A DNA stretch of 64,000 nt from Candidatus Latescibacterota bacterium. GTDB taxonomy: Bacteria > Latescibacterota > UBA2968 > UBA8231. Below the pieces are notes generated by a model. It was not told the origin of the DNA and searched no databases. It was given only the letters and a program-made list of their open reading frames with translations. The DNA is taken from assembly GCA_965208105.1 (NCBI GenBank), contig OZ242318.1, forward strand, positions 2,656,001 through 2,720,000, read 5' to 3'. Positions 18,597 through 28,603 of the stretch are shown here, piece after piece. The position numbers and the translations under genes are program-made. Every line of letters begins with the position of its first letter. Within the stretch, counting starts at the first letter, position 1.

Positions 18597-20894
18597 TTAC
18601 CCCGCAGCGATGGGTTCCGCCGCCTTCTTCCTTTCAAGAGCCGCAACAATGCGGTCGGGGCGCATGGGCAACTCGCTCAGGTGTACTCCCACCGCGTTGT
18701 AAATAGCGTTGCAGACAGCCGCCGGGGGAGGCGCGATATTGGCTTCGCCCACACCGCGCACCCCATACGGATGGCCCGGATGAGGGACCTCGACAATTAT
18801 CGTCTCGATCATGGGCAGATCCAGGGCGGTGGGAATGCGATAGTCGAGAAAGGTCGAATTGACCATCTGCCCCTCTTCGTTGTAGAAGTATTCCTCGTTC
18901 AATGCCCAGCCTATTCCCTGCACCGAACCACCTTGCATCTGGCCCTCCACGTAGCTGGGATGGATGGCCTTGCCGGCGTCCTGAATGGCTGTGAAACGCA
19001 GAATATCGACCTTTCCGGTTTCAGGGTCGACCTTCACATCGACGATATTTGCCGAAAATGAGCCGCCGACATCCATTCCCGGGTCCACGCTTGCACGGCC
19101 GACAATGGGGCCGCCGGTCTCGTCCAGCTCGGGCACCAGCTCTTTGAAGCTGAGCTTCTTTGCCGGGTCGCTGACGTGCTGAAAGAAACCATCCTTGAAC
19201 TCCACCTGGTCGGCAGGCGCCTCCCAGAGCATGGCTGCCCGCTCGATCATCTGGTTCTTCACATCGTGTGCCGCCTCGTAGGCTGCCCAGCCAGTGGCGT
19301 AGGTCACCCGGCTGCCTCCGGTCACGTCGGTATAGCCTATGGCGCTGGTGTCCCCTACCTGGGGATTAATGTCTTCGGCCGCCAACCCCAGGACCTCGGC
19401 GAACTGCATGGCCACCGAGGTGCGGGTGCCGCCGATGTCGGTGGAGCCTTCCACCAGGTTCACCGTTCCGTCCTTGTTGACACTGGCGGTAACCGCCGAC
19501 TTCAGCCCCACGTTGAACCAGTAACCCAGGGCGATCCCGCGGCCAATGCCGGGGCCTTCCAACGGAGCCTTGAAGTGTTCGCTGTTCTTTATCTCCTCGA
19601 GGACTTCCCTGCAGCCGATGCGCGGATAGACCACGCCGTCCACTCGCCGGGTGCCCTCCTTGGCCCCGTTCTTGAGGCGGAACTCGAGGGGGTCCATCGA
19701 AAGCTGTTCGGCAAGTTCCTCCACCACCGTTTCGGTGGCAAAGGCCACCTGAGTCGAAACCGGAGCACGATAGGCAAAGCTTCGCGGCTTGTTCACCACC
19801 ACGTCGTACCCATCGACCACGGCGGCGGGAATATCGTAACACGACAAAACGCACATGGCACCTGCGAACATGGGGGAGCCCGGATAAGCGCCCGCCTCGC
19901 AGGCCAGATAGGCCTCGGCCGCCACCAGCCTGCCGCTCCTGTCGGCGCCCATCTTGACCCGCACGTAGGATCCAGGCGTGGGGCCGGTGCCTTCGAAAAC
20001 GTCCGCCCGGCTCATGATTATCTTGACCGGACGACCCGATTTACGCGAAAGCAGAGCCGCCGGCGGTTCCAGGTAGACGGGAATCTTGCCGCCAAATCCC
20101 CCACCAATCTCCTGGGGAACCACCTTGATCCTGGACACCGGATGGCCGAGGATTGCCCCGGTTTGCTTCTGGGCGACAAAGGAACCCTGGGTGCTGGTCC
20201 AGATGGTCAACTGTCCGTCCGGGTTCCACATGGCCGTGGCGTTGTGCGGTTCGATATAGCCCTGGTGTACGGTAGCCGTATCCACCTCGCGCTCGACAAT
20301 GACGTCGGCCGCGGCGAATGCCGCTTCCGGATCTCCCAATTTGTGGCGGACGTGGATGGCGATATTGCTTTTCCTGCCCGTGTCTTCGCCGTCTTCCTGG
20401 GTGGTAATATCCTCGTGGAGCAGAGGGGCGTCGTCCTTCATGGCATCGTGGACGCCAACCGCCGGCGGCAACACTTCGTAGTCCACTTCGATCAGGGAAA
20501 GGGCTTCTTCGGCAATGTGTGGGCTGGTAGCGGCCACCGCGGCGATGGCATGGCCCCTGTACAGCGCCTTGTCGGAAGCCAGGACATTGTCGCGCAAATA
20601 TTTCAGGCGCGCGGGACCTTCCCCGAGGTCGATAATTTCGTCCCCTTGAATTGGCGGAAAGTCAGAATTGGTGACAGTGGCGCGGACGCCATCCAATGCC
20701 TCGGCCTTGCTGCAGTCGATCGATTTGATCCGGGCGTGGGCGTGAGGGCTCCGCAGCACGGCGCCGTAGAGCATGTCCGACATGCGGACATCGCCGCCGT
20801 AGACCGCCCGCCCGGTAACCTTTTCCGTACCGTCGTGGCGAATTGGGCGGGTGCCGATGACTTTATAGGACCCGTTCTGTCCATTGGTCGACAT
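18597..20894 (-). CDS. Xanthine dehydrogenase family molybdopterin-binding subunit (CoxL-like)
   Basis: KVTGRA, LRSPHAHA, IGGGFGGK, EGQMQGG and GVGE. Active-site loop AYRAPV. Confidence 0.9.
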   Translation of the reverse strand: MSTNGQNGSYKVIGTRPIRHDGTEKVTGRAVYGGDVRMSDMLYGAVLRSPHAHARIKSIDCSKAEALDGVRATVTNSDFPPIQGDEIIDLGEGPARLKYLRDNVLASDKALYRGHAIAAVAATSPHIAEEALSLIEVDYEVLPPAVGVHDAMKDDAPLLHEDITTQEDGEDTGRKSNIAIHVRHKLGDPEAAFAAADVIVEREVDTATVHQGYIEPHNATAMWNPDGQLTIWTSTQGSFVAQKQTGAILGHPVSRIKVVPQEIGGGFGGKIPVYLEPPAALLSRKSGRPVKIIMSRADVFEGTGPTPGSYVRVKMGADRSGRLVAAEAYLACEAGAYPGSPMFAGAMCVLSCYDIPAAVVDGYDVVVNKPRSFAYRAPVSTQVAFATETVVEELAEQLSMDPLEFRLKNGAKEGTRRVDGVVYPRIGCREVLEEIKNSEHFKAPLEGPGIGRGIALGYWFNVGLKSAVTASVNKDGTVNLVEGSTDIGGTRTSVAMQFAEVLGLAAEDINPQVGDTSAIGYTDVTGGSRVTYATGWAAYEAAHDVKNQMIERAAMLWEAPADQVEFKDGFFQHVSDPAKKLSFKELVPELDETGGPIVGRASVDPGMDVGGSFSANIVDVKVDPETGKVDILRFTAIQDAGKAIHPSYVEGQMQGGSVQGIGWALNEEYFYNEEGQMVNSTFLDYRIPTALDLPMIETIIVEVPHPGHPYGVRGVGEANIAPPPAAVCNAIYNAVGVHLSELPMRPDRIVAALERKKAAEPIAAG

Positions 20895-20924
20895 GGGATT
20901 CCTCCTTTGGCAGGATGGGAGGTA

Positions 20925-21404
20925 TCAGGCGCCGGCGCTCGCAACCTCGGCGGCGTCGAGCACCGCGCGGACAATCTTGTCGTAACCGGTGCAGCGGCAC
21001 AGGTTGCCGGCCAACCAGTGCCGAACGTCGTGTTCAGTGGGATTGGGGTTGTGGTCGAGCAAAGCCTTTGCCGCCACCAGGAACCCGGGTGTGCATATCC
21101 CGCACTGCAGGCTGGCATGCTCCAGGAACTTCTGCTGCAGGGGATGCAGCCCCGTGGAGGTGGCCAGCCCTTCGACCGTGGTTATTTCCTTGCCCTCGGC
21201 CTCGACCCCCAGCATCAGGCAGGTGTCCACCAGTACTCCGTCCACAATGGCGGTACAGGCACCGCAGTTCCCGTCGTTGCAGCCTTCCTTGGTGCCGGTA
21301 AACCCCAACTCTTCCCGCAAAACCTCGAGCAGACTCTGGCGCGCTTCGCACAGGAGCTCGACTTCCTCTCCATTGATCTTGGTCCTCACGTGAACTTTGC
21401 TCAT
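20925..21404 (-). CDS. (2Fe-2S)-binding subunit (CoxS-like)
   Basis: GCNDGNCGAC, QCGICTPG and NLCRCTGY. Confidence 0.92.
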   Translation of the reverse strand: MSKVHVRTKINGEEVELLCEARQSLLEVLREELGFTGTKEGCNDGNCGACTAIVDGVLVDTCLMLGVEAEGKEITTVEGLATSTGLHPLQQKFLEHASLQCGICTPGFLVAAKALLDHNPNPTEHDVRHWLAGNLCRCTGYDKIVRAVLDAAEVASAGA

Positions 21405-21605
21405 CGATCCACTCCGTTTCAGATTCCAGGTCCTTCCGAAGGTTCCATCAGCCGGCGCAAGCCTTGATACAGCCTGGAAGCCCGGCAGGACAGCCGTTGA
21501 TTATTTCGTCAATCCATTCAACAATCGAGATCTGCCGTTCGGTAAAAATCCGGCCGCGTCCCATTCGGGATTCTCGGCACCATCCCATTCCCGAACCCGG
21601 GCGAA

Positions 21606-22514
21606 TCACCCGGCGGCTTCCTGCACCGCATTGGCCACGAACCCGCCGCGGGCTCGCTGTACGGCGCCGTGCAGGGCACGCTTGGTCAGCACCCCGACCA
21701 GGTGGATGCGAAAATCCGCCGGACCCCGCATGTCGGAAATCGGACGCGCAACGGCCTTGGCAGCCTCGGCGGCTTCTTCTATCGTCTCGTCGCTCACATG
21801 ACGGCCGCTGAGAAGGTCTCCGGCTTCGCGTGCAAACAGGGGCGTCGGCGCCACCGCGGCCAGGGCGATGCGGACCGCCTTGAACTCCTTGCGGCGGTTG
21901 GCGAGCTCGACGTAAGCCCCGGCCCCGACCACGGCGATATCCATCTCGTTGCGCGGAATGAAACGCAGGTAGTGGCAACCCGAGCTCTTGCGGACAGGAG
22001 GAACCTGGATGGCGACCAGCAGCTCTCCCGGCTGCAGCACGTTCTGTCCCGGAGCCGTGCAGAATTCCTCGACCGCAACCCGGCGGCGGCCGGAGGGACC
22101 GGCAATTTCGCAGGTGGCGCCGTAGGCGATCAGGGCGGGAATGCTGTCTGCGCTCGGTGAAGAGTTGCACAGGTTGCCGCCCAGGGACGCGCGGCCCTGG
22201 ATCTGAATACCGCCGATGATGGCGGCGCAGTCGGTGATTCCGGGATAGCGGTCCACCACGTCGGGGTCGTTGTAGAGCCGCCAGCAGGGCACCGCCGCTC
22301 CGATGCGCAATCCTTTCCTGGGACCGTAGGAAAGTTCATTGACCTCGGGGACGTTCTTGACGTCGACGACGCGTTCGGGCTGGAAGCGCTTCACCCTGAG
22401 CTGCACGATGAGATCCGTGCCCCCGGCGAGCACCCGGGCGCCGCCTCCCTTTTCGGCCAGAAGGTTGATGGCCTCGCGCAGGGTTCGCGGAGCTGAATAT
22501 TCGAAATCTTTCAA
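21606..22514 (-). CDS. FAD-binding subunit (CoxM-like)
   Basis: LAGGTDL, ASLGGNLCNSSP and PISDMRG. TTG start inferred. Confidence 0.9.
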   Translation of the reverse strand: MKDFEYSAPRTLREAINLLAEKGGGARVLAGGTDLIVQLRVKRFQPERVVDVKNVPEVNELSYGPRKGLRIGAAVPCWRLYNDPDVVDRYPGITDCAAIIGGIQIQGRASLGGNLCNSSPSADSIPALIAYGATCEIAGPSGRRRVAVEEFCTAPGQNVLQPGELLVAIQVPPVRKSSGCHYLRFIPRNEMDIAVVGAGAYVELANRRKEFKAVRIALAAVAPTPLFAREAGDLLSGRHVSDETIEEAAEAAKAVARPISDMRGPADFRIHLVGVLTKRALHGAVQRARGGFVANAVQEAAG

Positions 22515-22607
22515 GGATCTTCCCCCTCTCCATGAGACCTGAATGAGAGAATCAAACACCGAAAATCGGATGGCGAAAGTTAAGATAGATCAATCGCGCA
22601 ACCCATG

Positions 22608-25600
22608 TCAAGTTCCCGCCTCGGAGAGTCCGCAGGCTTCCTTTTCCCCGGGGCGGGCGCCTGCTCCCAGCCATTCCTGCAACTGCGACAGGAGCTTCAT
22701 TCCCGCCGGCACGCCTACGAGGATGATCGCGGTGGCGAAAAGGACGCCGAACCCCAGACTCGCCGCCATGGGAATCAAGAACTGCGCCTGCACGCTCCTC
22801 TCCAGGATCATGGGCAACAGGGCGAAGAAGGTCGTAAGCGAGGTCAGCAGGATGGGGCGGAATCGCTGCCTTCCCGCCTCCACAAGGGCCTCGTCAGTGG
22901 GTATTCCACGCTCCCGCAACTGGTTGAAAAAGCTGAGCAGGACCAGCGAGTCATTGACTACGACGCCGGACAGGGCAACGACCCCGAACATGCTCAGCAG
23001 GCCCAGATCCAGGCCCATGAGCACATGTCCCCAGACCGCGCCGATCATTCCGAAGGGGATGGCACTCATGATCACGAACGGCTGGGTATAGGAACGGAAG
23101 GGAATGGCCAGCAGGGCGTAGATGGCAAACATGGCAACGGCGAAGCCGCGCAGGAGACTGGCGAACGAGTCCTCGCGCTCGCGTTGCTCTCCCTCGTAGC
23201 TGTAGCGCAACCCCGGATATTCCCCCATCAGCACCGGCAGGAAGCGCTGCGCCAGATCCTGATTGATCTCGTTGGAGTTGGCGATCTGTGCATCCACATC
23301 CGCGGTGATGGTGACGGTGCGCTGGCCGTCGTAGCGGCTGATGGAGGCATACCCGTGCCCGACCTCGACTTCAGCCACCTGGGAAAATGCCACCTCCGCT
23401 CCCTCAGGGCTGCGAATGCGCATATTCTCGATATCGCCGGACGAGCGCCTCTCCCCAGCCGGATAGCGCACCATGACCCGTACGTCGTCGCTGCCGCGCT
23501 GGACGCGGAGGGCCTGATCTCCATAAAAACCCTGGCGCACCTGGCGGGCGAGATCGGCCAGGGTGATTCCCAGAGTCCGGGCCTCGGGCCTGAGGCCCAA
23601 CTTCATCTCCTGCTTGCCTTCCTGAAAGCTGTCCCTGATGTCTCCTACTCCCGGATATTTCCCCAGCTCGACCTTGAGGCGCTCCGCTGCCCGTAGAAGC
23701 TGGGAGAAGTCATCGGCCGACAGTTGTACCTCGATGGGATTGCCCGCCCTGAACAAGGCAGCTGAAAAGCTCAGCGCCTCGGCCCCTGGGATTTCTCCGA
23801 CCTGCGTCCGCAGACGCGAGACGATCTCTGTACTGGGGACGGGACGCACCTCCGAGGGCAGCAGCTCGATGGTGATCTCGGCCAGGTGGCCCTGCGCTCC
23901 GGCTGCGGCCGAGGCCGTAGCGCTCGACCTGCGGCCCATGGGCTGGTCCCCGATAAAGGTGAATACGTTGCGATAAATCGATGGCTGGTCCGCGCTCCTC
24001 CGGCCATCATACTTGTCCCTGACCATCAACGCGGCCGTCTCTATGCGTTTCACCGCCGCAGCGGTCTGCTCCGCCGTGGTGCCCTGGGGCATTGCGAGTG
24101 AGATTACAATCCAGTCCGCTTCCACCTCGGGCATGAAAACAACCTTGATGTGGCCGCCGGCGATCCAACCCAGGGTTCCCAGCATCAAGGCCAGCCCCAG
24201 GGCGGCGGTAGCCAGAGGGTTGGCCAGAGCAACCCTGAGACTGGGACTGTACCAGCGCTCGATGAGTTTTCTCAACTGCAGATCCACCAACTTCTGCAGC
24301 CTGTCGTGCCAGCGGAGGGGCACCCTCAGGACCCGGTCGAAGGTGCGGCTCAGCAGCCCATCTCCGCGCGAGGAGAGGTGGGCGGGCAAAATGAAGAGGG
24401 CCTCGATCAGGGAGACCAGGAGCATGGAAATGACGATGACCGGAATCACCGCCATGAACTTGCCCATCATCCCCTCCACGAAGAACAGGGGCGTGAAGGC
24501 CGCCACGCTGGTGAGTATTGAAAAAACCACCGGCTTGCCTACCTCCAGGGTCCCGTCGATGGAGGCCTGCAGCAGGCTTTTTCCGCGCTCGCGGTGGGCG
24601 AATACGTTCTCGCCCACGATGATGGCGTCGTCCACCACGATTCCGAGGGCAACGATGAAGGCGAAAAGTGAAAGCATGTTGATTGAAACATCGAAGGGCT
24701 GCATCAACAGAAAACTGCCAAGGAGAGAGATGGGAATGCCCATCATGACCCAGAATGCCAGGCGCAGATCCAGGAAAAAGGTCAGCAGGATGAAAACCAG
24801 CAGCAGCCCCAGCCGGGCATTGCGCAGCAGGAGGTCCAGGCGGCCGCGCAGCAGGCGCGCATCGTCGCGGGCGTAGTCGAGATGAACTCCGGCAGGCAGG
24901 TAGTCCCGCTGCGCCGCCATGTAGTCCTTCACCCATCGTGATATCTCAAGGGAGTTCTGGTCACCGGTGCGAAATACGCGCACGACGGCCGCCGGCTGCC
25001 CGTTGAAGCGCGAAATCAGGTCGCTGTCCTCGAAACCGTCGACAATGGCCGCGATCTGTCCCAATTTCAACGTGGTGCCGTCCGGCCGCGTCAGCACTAC
25101 CACGTCCTCGTACTCTCTCCCTGTGTATTTCAGGCCCCTGGTGCGCACCAGCATCTCACCGTCCTCGCTCTTGACGCTCCCTCCGGGCATATCCAGGCTG
25201 GAGCGCCGCACGGCCTCGCTCACCTGGGCCAGGGTAAGGCCGTGCCGGCGCAGGACTCTTTCGGGAACTTCGATTGAAATCTCGTCGCTGCGCACGCCCG
25301 CCAGCTCCGCCTGGGAGATGCCGTCCACATGGCGCAGGTCGTCGCGTATGCGTTCGGCTGTCGCCTTGAGAACCTTCTCCGGCACATCACCGTAGACCAC
25401 CAGGTCAATCACCTGAGTACGGCGCACGAGTTCCTTGATGACCGGCTTCTCCGTTTCCTCCGGAAAGGTGTCTATGCGGTCGATCTCGTTTTTTATATCA
25501 TTGAGCATCCGGCTCATCTCCACCCCCAGCTCCAGTTCCACCGACACGCTTCCCATTCCCTCTGCCGCGGTCGACCGGATGCTGCGGATGCCCTCCAGTC

Positions 25601-25820
25601 CCGAGAGCCGCTCTTCTATTCGCGCGCACACCCCTCTCTCCACGTCCTCCGGGGTGGCTCCAAGATAGGGGACCAGAATCTGCACCTGGTCCAGGGAAAA
25701 CTCGGGGAAGGTTTCCTTCTTCATGCCCAATATCCCCAACAACCCGGTCAGCAGCAGAAAGACCATCAACAGGTTGGCCGCCACGTGGTTCCTCGCCATC
25801 CAGACCACCGGTCTTCTCAT
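22608..25820 (-). CDS. RND efflux permease, AcrB/AcrD/AcrF family
   Basis: GIVVDDAIIVGE, RFRPILLTSLTT, 1070 aa with about 12 TM segments. Confidence 0.93.
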   Translation of the reverse strand: MRRPVVWMARNHVAANLLMVFLLLTGLLGILGMKKETFPEFSLDQVQILVPYLGATPEDVERGVCARIEERLSGLEGIRSIRSTAAEGMGSVSVELELGVEMSRMLNDIKNEIDRIDTFPEETEKPVIKELVRRTQVIDLVVYGDVPEKVLKATAERIRDDLRHVDGISQAELAGVRSDEISIEVPERVLRRHGLTLAQVSEAVRRSSLDMPGGSVKSEDGEMLVRTRGLKYTGREYEDVVVLTRPDGTTLKLGQIAAIVDGFEDSDLISRFNGQPAAVVRVFRTGDQNSLEISRWVKDYMAAQRDYLPAGVHLDYARDDARLLRGRLDLLLRNARLGLLLVFILLTFFLDLRLAFWVMMGIPISLLGSFLLMQPFDVSINMLSLFAFIVALGIVVDDAIIVGENVFAHRERGKSLLQASIDGTLEVGKPVVFSILTSVAAFTPLFFVEGMMGKFMAVIPVIVISMLLVSLIEALFILPAHLSSRGDGLLSRTFDRVLRVPLRWHDRLQKLVDLQLRKLIERWYSPSLRVALANPLATAALGLALMLGTLGWIAGGHIKVVFMPEVEADWIVISLAMPQGTTAEQTAAAVKRIETAALMVRDKYDGRRSADQPSIYRNVFTFIGDQPMGRRSSATASAAAGAQGHLAEITIELLPSEVRPVPSTEIVSRLRTQVGEIPGAEALSFSAALFRAGNPIEVQLSADDFSQLLRAAERLKVELGKYPGVGDIRDSFQEGKQEMKLGLRPEARTLGITLADLARQVRQGFYGDQALRVQRGSDDVRVMVRYPAGERRSSGDIENMRIRSPEGAEVAFSQVAEVEVGHGYASISRYDGQRTVTITADVDAQIANSNEINQDLAQRFLPVLMGEYPGLRYSYEGEQREREDSFASLLRGFAVAMFAIYALLAIPFRSYTQPFVIMSAIPFGMIGAVWGHVLMGLDLGLLSMFGVVALSGVVVNDSLVLLSFFNQLRERGIPTDEALVEAGRQRFRPILLTSLTTFFALLPMILERSVQAQFLIPMAASLGFGVLFATAIILVGVPAGMKLLSQLQEWLGAGARPGEKEACGLSEAGT

Positions 25821-27070
25821 TTTTCCGAACCTTCCGCAACCCGCACCTGCATTCCGTCGGTGACCCCGCTCAACTGAGACACCACTATGTTCTCGTCGGG
25901 TTCCATATCGACGCGGACCAGTACCTCATCTTTGCGGCTGTGCACTATCCCGGCTTTCCGCACCCGCAAAATGCCGTCCGCGCCCACGGTCCAGACCGTA
26001 TTGCCGGGACGCAGCACCAGGCGGGGGACCACCCTCACTCCTTCCACCGTGCGGCCGCCAACTTCTACGTCCACAAAGAGCCCCACCACCAGGGGGGTTT
26101 CCCGGGCGCCATAGGGGTCGTCGACCTCGACGACCAGATGCGCCATGCGGCTGCGCGGGTCGAGTTCGCCCTCGACGCGGACCACCCGTCCACTCCAGCT
26201 GTGCCTGCTCCCGGCGTACCAGCCCCGGACCACGGCCTGAGGTCCCGGGCCGGGACGCGGGTCCAGGCGCCCGCCCTCCCCCGGACCGTATATCCTGGGC
26301 CCTGGCGGGGTCGGGGCGGCCTCACCTGCCGGTTCCACCTTGGACAGCCGAGGCATATCGAACCAGGCCAGGTCCTTGTCGGCAATGGGCACGACGATTT
26401 CGGCCTTCTCAATGCTGTAGAGCTGCGCCACGGGCCTGCCCGGTGTGACGAACTGCCCCGCGTCGAGACCGGTATCGCGCACGCGCCCGTCGAAGGGGGC
26501 CAGGAGCCGGGTGCGCGCGAGATGCAGGCGAGCTTCCTTCAGGCGCGCCTCGGCGGCCGCGAGAGCTGCGCGAGCCGCCCGCAGCTGGGGAATGTGCAGC
26601 ACCAGGGAATCGGGTGCGGTCCCGGCCACGGAGGCCGCCGGATTGATCAGCTCCCATTCCCTGCGGGCAACGCCCGCCTCTCCCCTCGCCAGATCGAGCC
26701 GGTAGCGGGCCTGGGCGACATCCGCCTCCGCGCGCGCCACCGCCAATTCGTAGTCTTCAGGGTCAATCCGGGCCAGGAGATCACCCTGAAGGAAAAAGCC
26801 TCCGCGTTCCAGTTGGGGCGACTTCCACACGACCGTCCCCGATACCTGGGGCACCAGATCGATCTGGGCGCCGGGCTGCACCGTGCCCTGTCCTTCCACC
26901 ACGACCTCGACCGCGCGAGGATCCGCCTTCACGACTTCGACCAGGGGACCTCCATAGGGCTGTTCCTCCCTCCGGGGTGGTTCGCTCAACCCCGCCAGCA
27001 GAGCATAGACGGCCACGCCGGCGAGTGCGATCGCCAGCGGCAATACCCCCTTGATCAATACCTTCCTCAT
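25817..27070 (-). CDS. RND membrane fusion (periplasmic adaptor) protein
   Basis: N-terminal TM, PQVSG, APFDGRV, and ATGA overlap with the permease gene. Confidence 0.9.
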   Translation of the reverse strand: MRKVLIKGVLPLAIALAGVAVYALLAGLSEPPRREEQPYGGPLVEVVKADPRAVEVVVEGQGTVQPGAQIDLVPQVSGTVVWKSPQLERGGFFLQGDLLARIDPEDYELAVARAEADVAQARYRLDLARGEAGVARREWELINPAASVAGTAPDSLVLHIPQLRAARAALAAAEARLKEARLHLARTRLLAPFDGRVRDTGLDAGQFVTPGRPVAQLYSIEKAEIVVPIADKDLAWFDMPRLSKVEPAGEAAPTPPGPRIYGPGEGGRLDPRPGPGPQAVVRGWYAGSRHSWSGRVVRVEGELDPRSRMAHLVVEVDDPYGARETPLVVGLFVDVEVGGRTVEGVRVVPRLVLRPGNTVWTVGADGILRVRKAGIVHSRKDEVLVRVDMEPDENIVVSQLSGVTDGMQVRVAEGSEK

Positions 27071-28596
27071 TCTCTTCTCTCCGGTTCTGAAGAATCAACT
27101 GGCTCGAAGCCGCCTCCCAGGGCAAGATGCAGGTCGATCCGGGCTTCGAGGCGCTGGCGCCTCACTGCCAGCAGCTGACTCTCCGCCTCGAAGGCGCGGC
27201 GCTGAGATTCAAGCACGGTGATCAGATCGGTCAGGCCAGTGTCATAGCGATCCTGGGCCAGGCTGCCGGCGGCCCCTGCCTGCCGGACAGCCTCCTGCAA
27301 AGCCTCCTCCTGCCGCGCCAGGAAACCCTCGGCCGCCAGGGTGGACTCGACTTCAGCATAGGCTTTGAGCACGCTGGATGCATAAATGGCCAGGGCTTGC
27401 TCCGACCCGGCCTTGGCCAGATCTACTCCGGCGCGCAGCCGTCCGCCCTGGAAGAGGGGCAGAGTGAGATTGCCGACCAGGTTCCACACCGAGAAATCGC
27501 CCTTTAGCAACTCGCTCAGCTCGTCGCTGGAACGCCCTCCTGAAGCGGTCAGGCCGATGCGGGGATACAGAGCGGCGCGGGAAGCTGCGAGCCGGGAGGC
27601 CGACGCCGCCAGACGGCGTTCGGCCGCTGCCAGGTCTGGTCTGCGCGCCACCAATCCGGCGGGCAGTCCAACCGGAATCAGAGGAGGTACGGGCGGTAGC
27701 TCCCGGCTCAGTTCCACGGTGGCGGCCGGATAGCGCCCCAGCAGCAGTTCGAGTTGGCGGCGCATGGCGTCGAGCCGGCGCCGGCGCTGATGCAGAAGGG
27801 CCTCGGCCACGGCCAGGTTGGATAAAGTCAAACGCAGATCGAGGGAGGGCCGCAGGCCGCGGTCGTAGCGCTCGCGGATGCGTTCGCTGGAAAGGCGATA
27901 GTTGTCTACGGTCGATTGAGCCAGTTCCACCTGGCGCCCGGCTTCCACCGCTGACAGATAGGTCCGGGCGGTCTGAGCCGCCAGAGAAAGTTGCGCTCCC
28001 CTGAAGTCCGCCTCCGCAGCCCTGAAATCGGCCGCAGCAGCAGCCTTGCCGGCGCGCAGGCGGCCCCATAGGTCCACCTCCCAGCTCAGATTCAATGAAA
28101 CCCCGTAGTTGTTGGTCGTGGTGACCAGGACCTCTTCCCGAAAGCCGGGAATGGGAAAGCCGACAAAGTTCTGCCTCCGCCGCGACCCGTTGGCGCCGGC
28201 GCCCACCTGGGGAAAAAGCTCGGCGCCGGCGATTCTCGCCTGCGCCGCGGCAGCCTGAAGGCGGGCCGCCGCGGCCTTCAGGTCATAGTTGCGCGACAGG
28301 GCTTCGGCTACGAGATCAGCGGCGGTTGAATCGGCGAAGCTCGCCCATCGCAGGGTCTTTGCCGGGGCGCCGCCGATGCTCCCGGCCGTCCACTGCGCTG
28401 GTGGCTCGACCCCGAGATTGGGATGCTTTATCGGTGGCGGGGTAGAACAGGAGAGAAGCAGAGCAGGCAGCAGGAGGCATCGAAGTTCCCTGGATCGCCG
28501 CCGGAGAGAAGGCGACCGGCGGCCGATCCCCGGCCGCTTCGGCGCCGCCGGGCAAGTCCTCCCGCGCCGGCCGGAGCTGTCGATTATTGCCATCAT
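27067..28596 (-). CDS. Outer membrane efflux lipoprotein, NodT/OprM family
   Basis: Lipobox LLLSC, SWEVDLWGRL, LPLFQGG and ALGGG. The true start may lie downstream. Confidence 0.9.
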   Translation of the reverse strand: MMAIIDSSGRRGRTCPAAPKRPGIGRRSPSLRRRSRELRCLLLPALLLSCSTPPPIKHPNLGVEPPAQWTAGSIGGAPAKTLRWASFADSTAADLVAEALSRNYDLKAAAARLQAAAAQARIAGAELFPQVGAGANGSRRRQNFVGFPIPGFREEVLVTTTNNYGVSLNLSWEVDLWGRLRAGKAAAAADFRAAEADFRGAQLSLAAQTARTYLSAVEAGRQVELAQSTVDNYRLSSERIRERYDRGLRPSLDLRLTLSNLAVAEALLHQRRRRLDAMRRQLELLLGRYPAATVELSRELPPVPPLIPVGLPAGLVARRPDLAAAERRLAASASRLAASRAALYPRIGLTASGGRSSDELSELLKGDFSVWNLVGNLTLPLFQGGRLRAGVDLAKAGSEQALAIYASSVLKAYAEVESTLAAEGFLARQEEALQEAVRQAGAAGSLAQDRYDTGLTDLITVLESQRRAFEAESQLLAVRRQRLEARIDLHLALGGGFEPVDSSEPERRE

Positions 28597-28603
28597 CGAA
28601 ACC

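Noticed and set aside
18597-20894. Calling the operon an aerobic CO dehydrogenase
   Set aside because: It lacks the form I AYxCSFR motif and the coxDEFG accessory genes.
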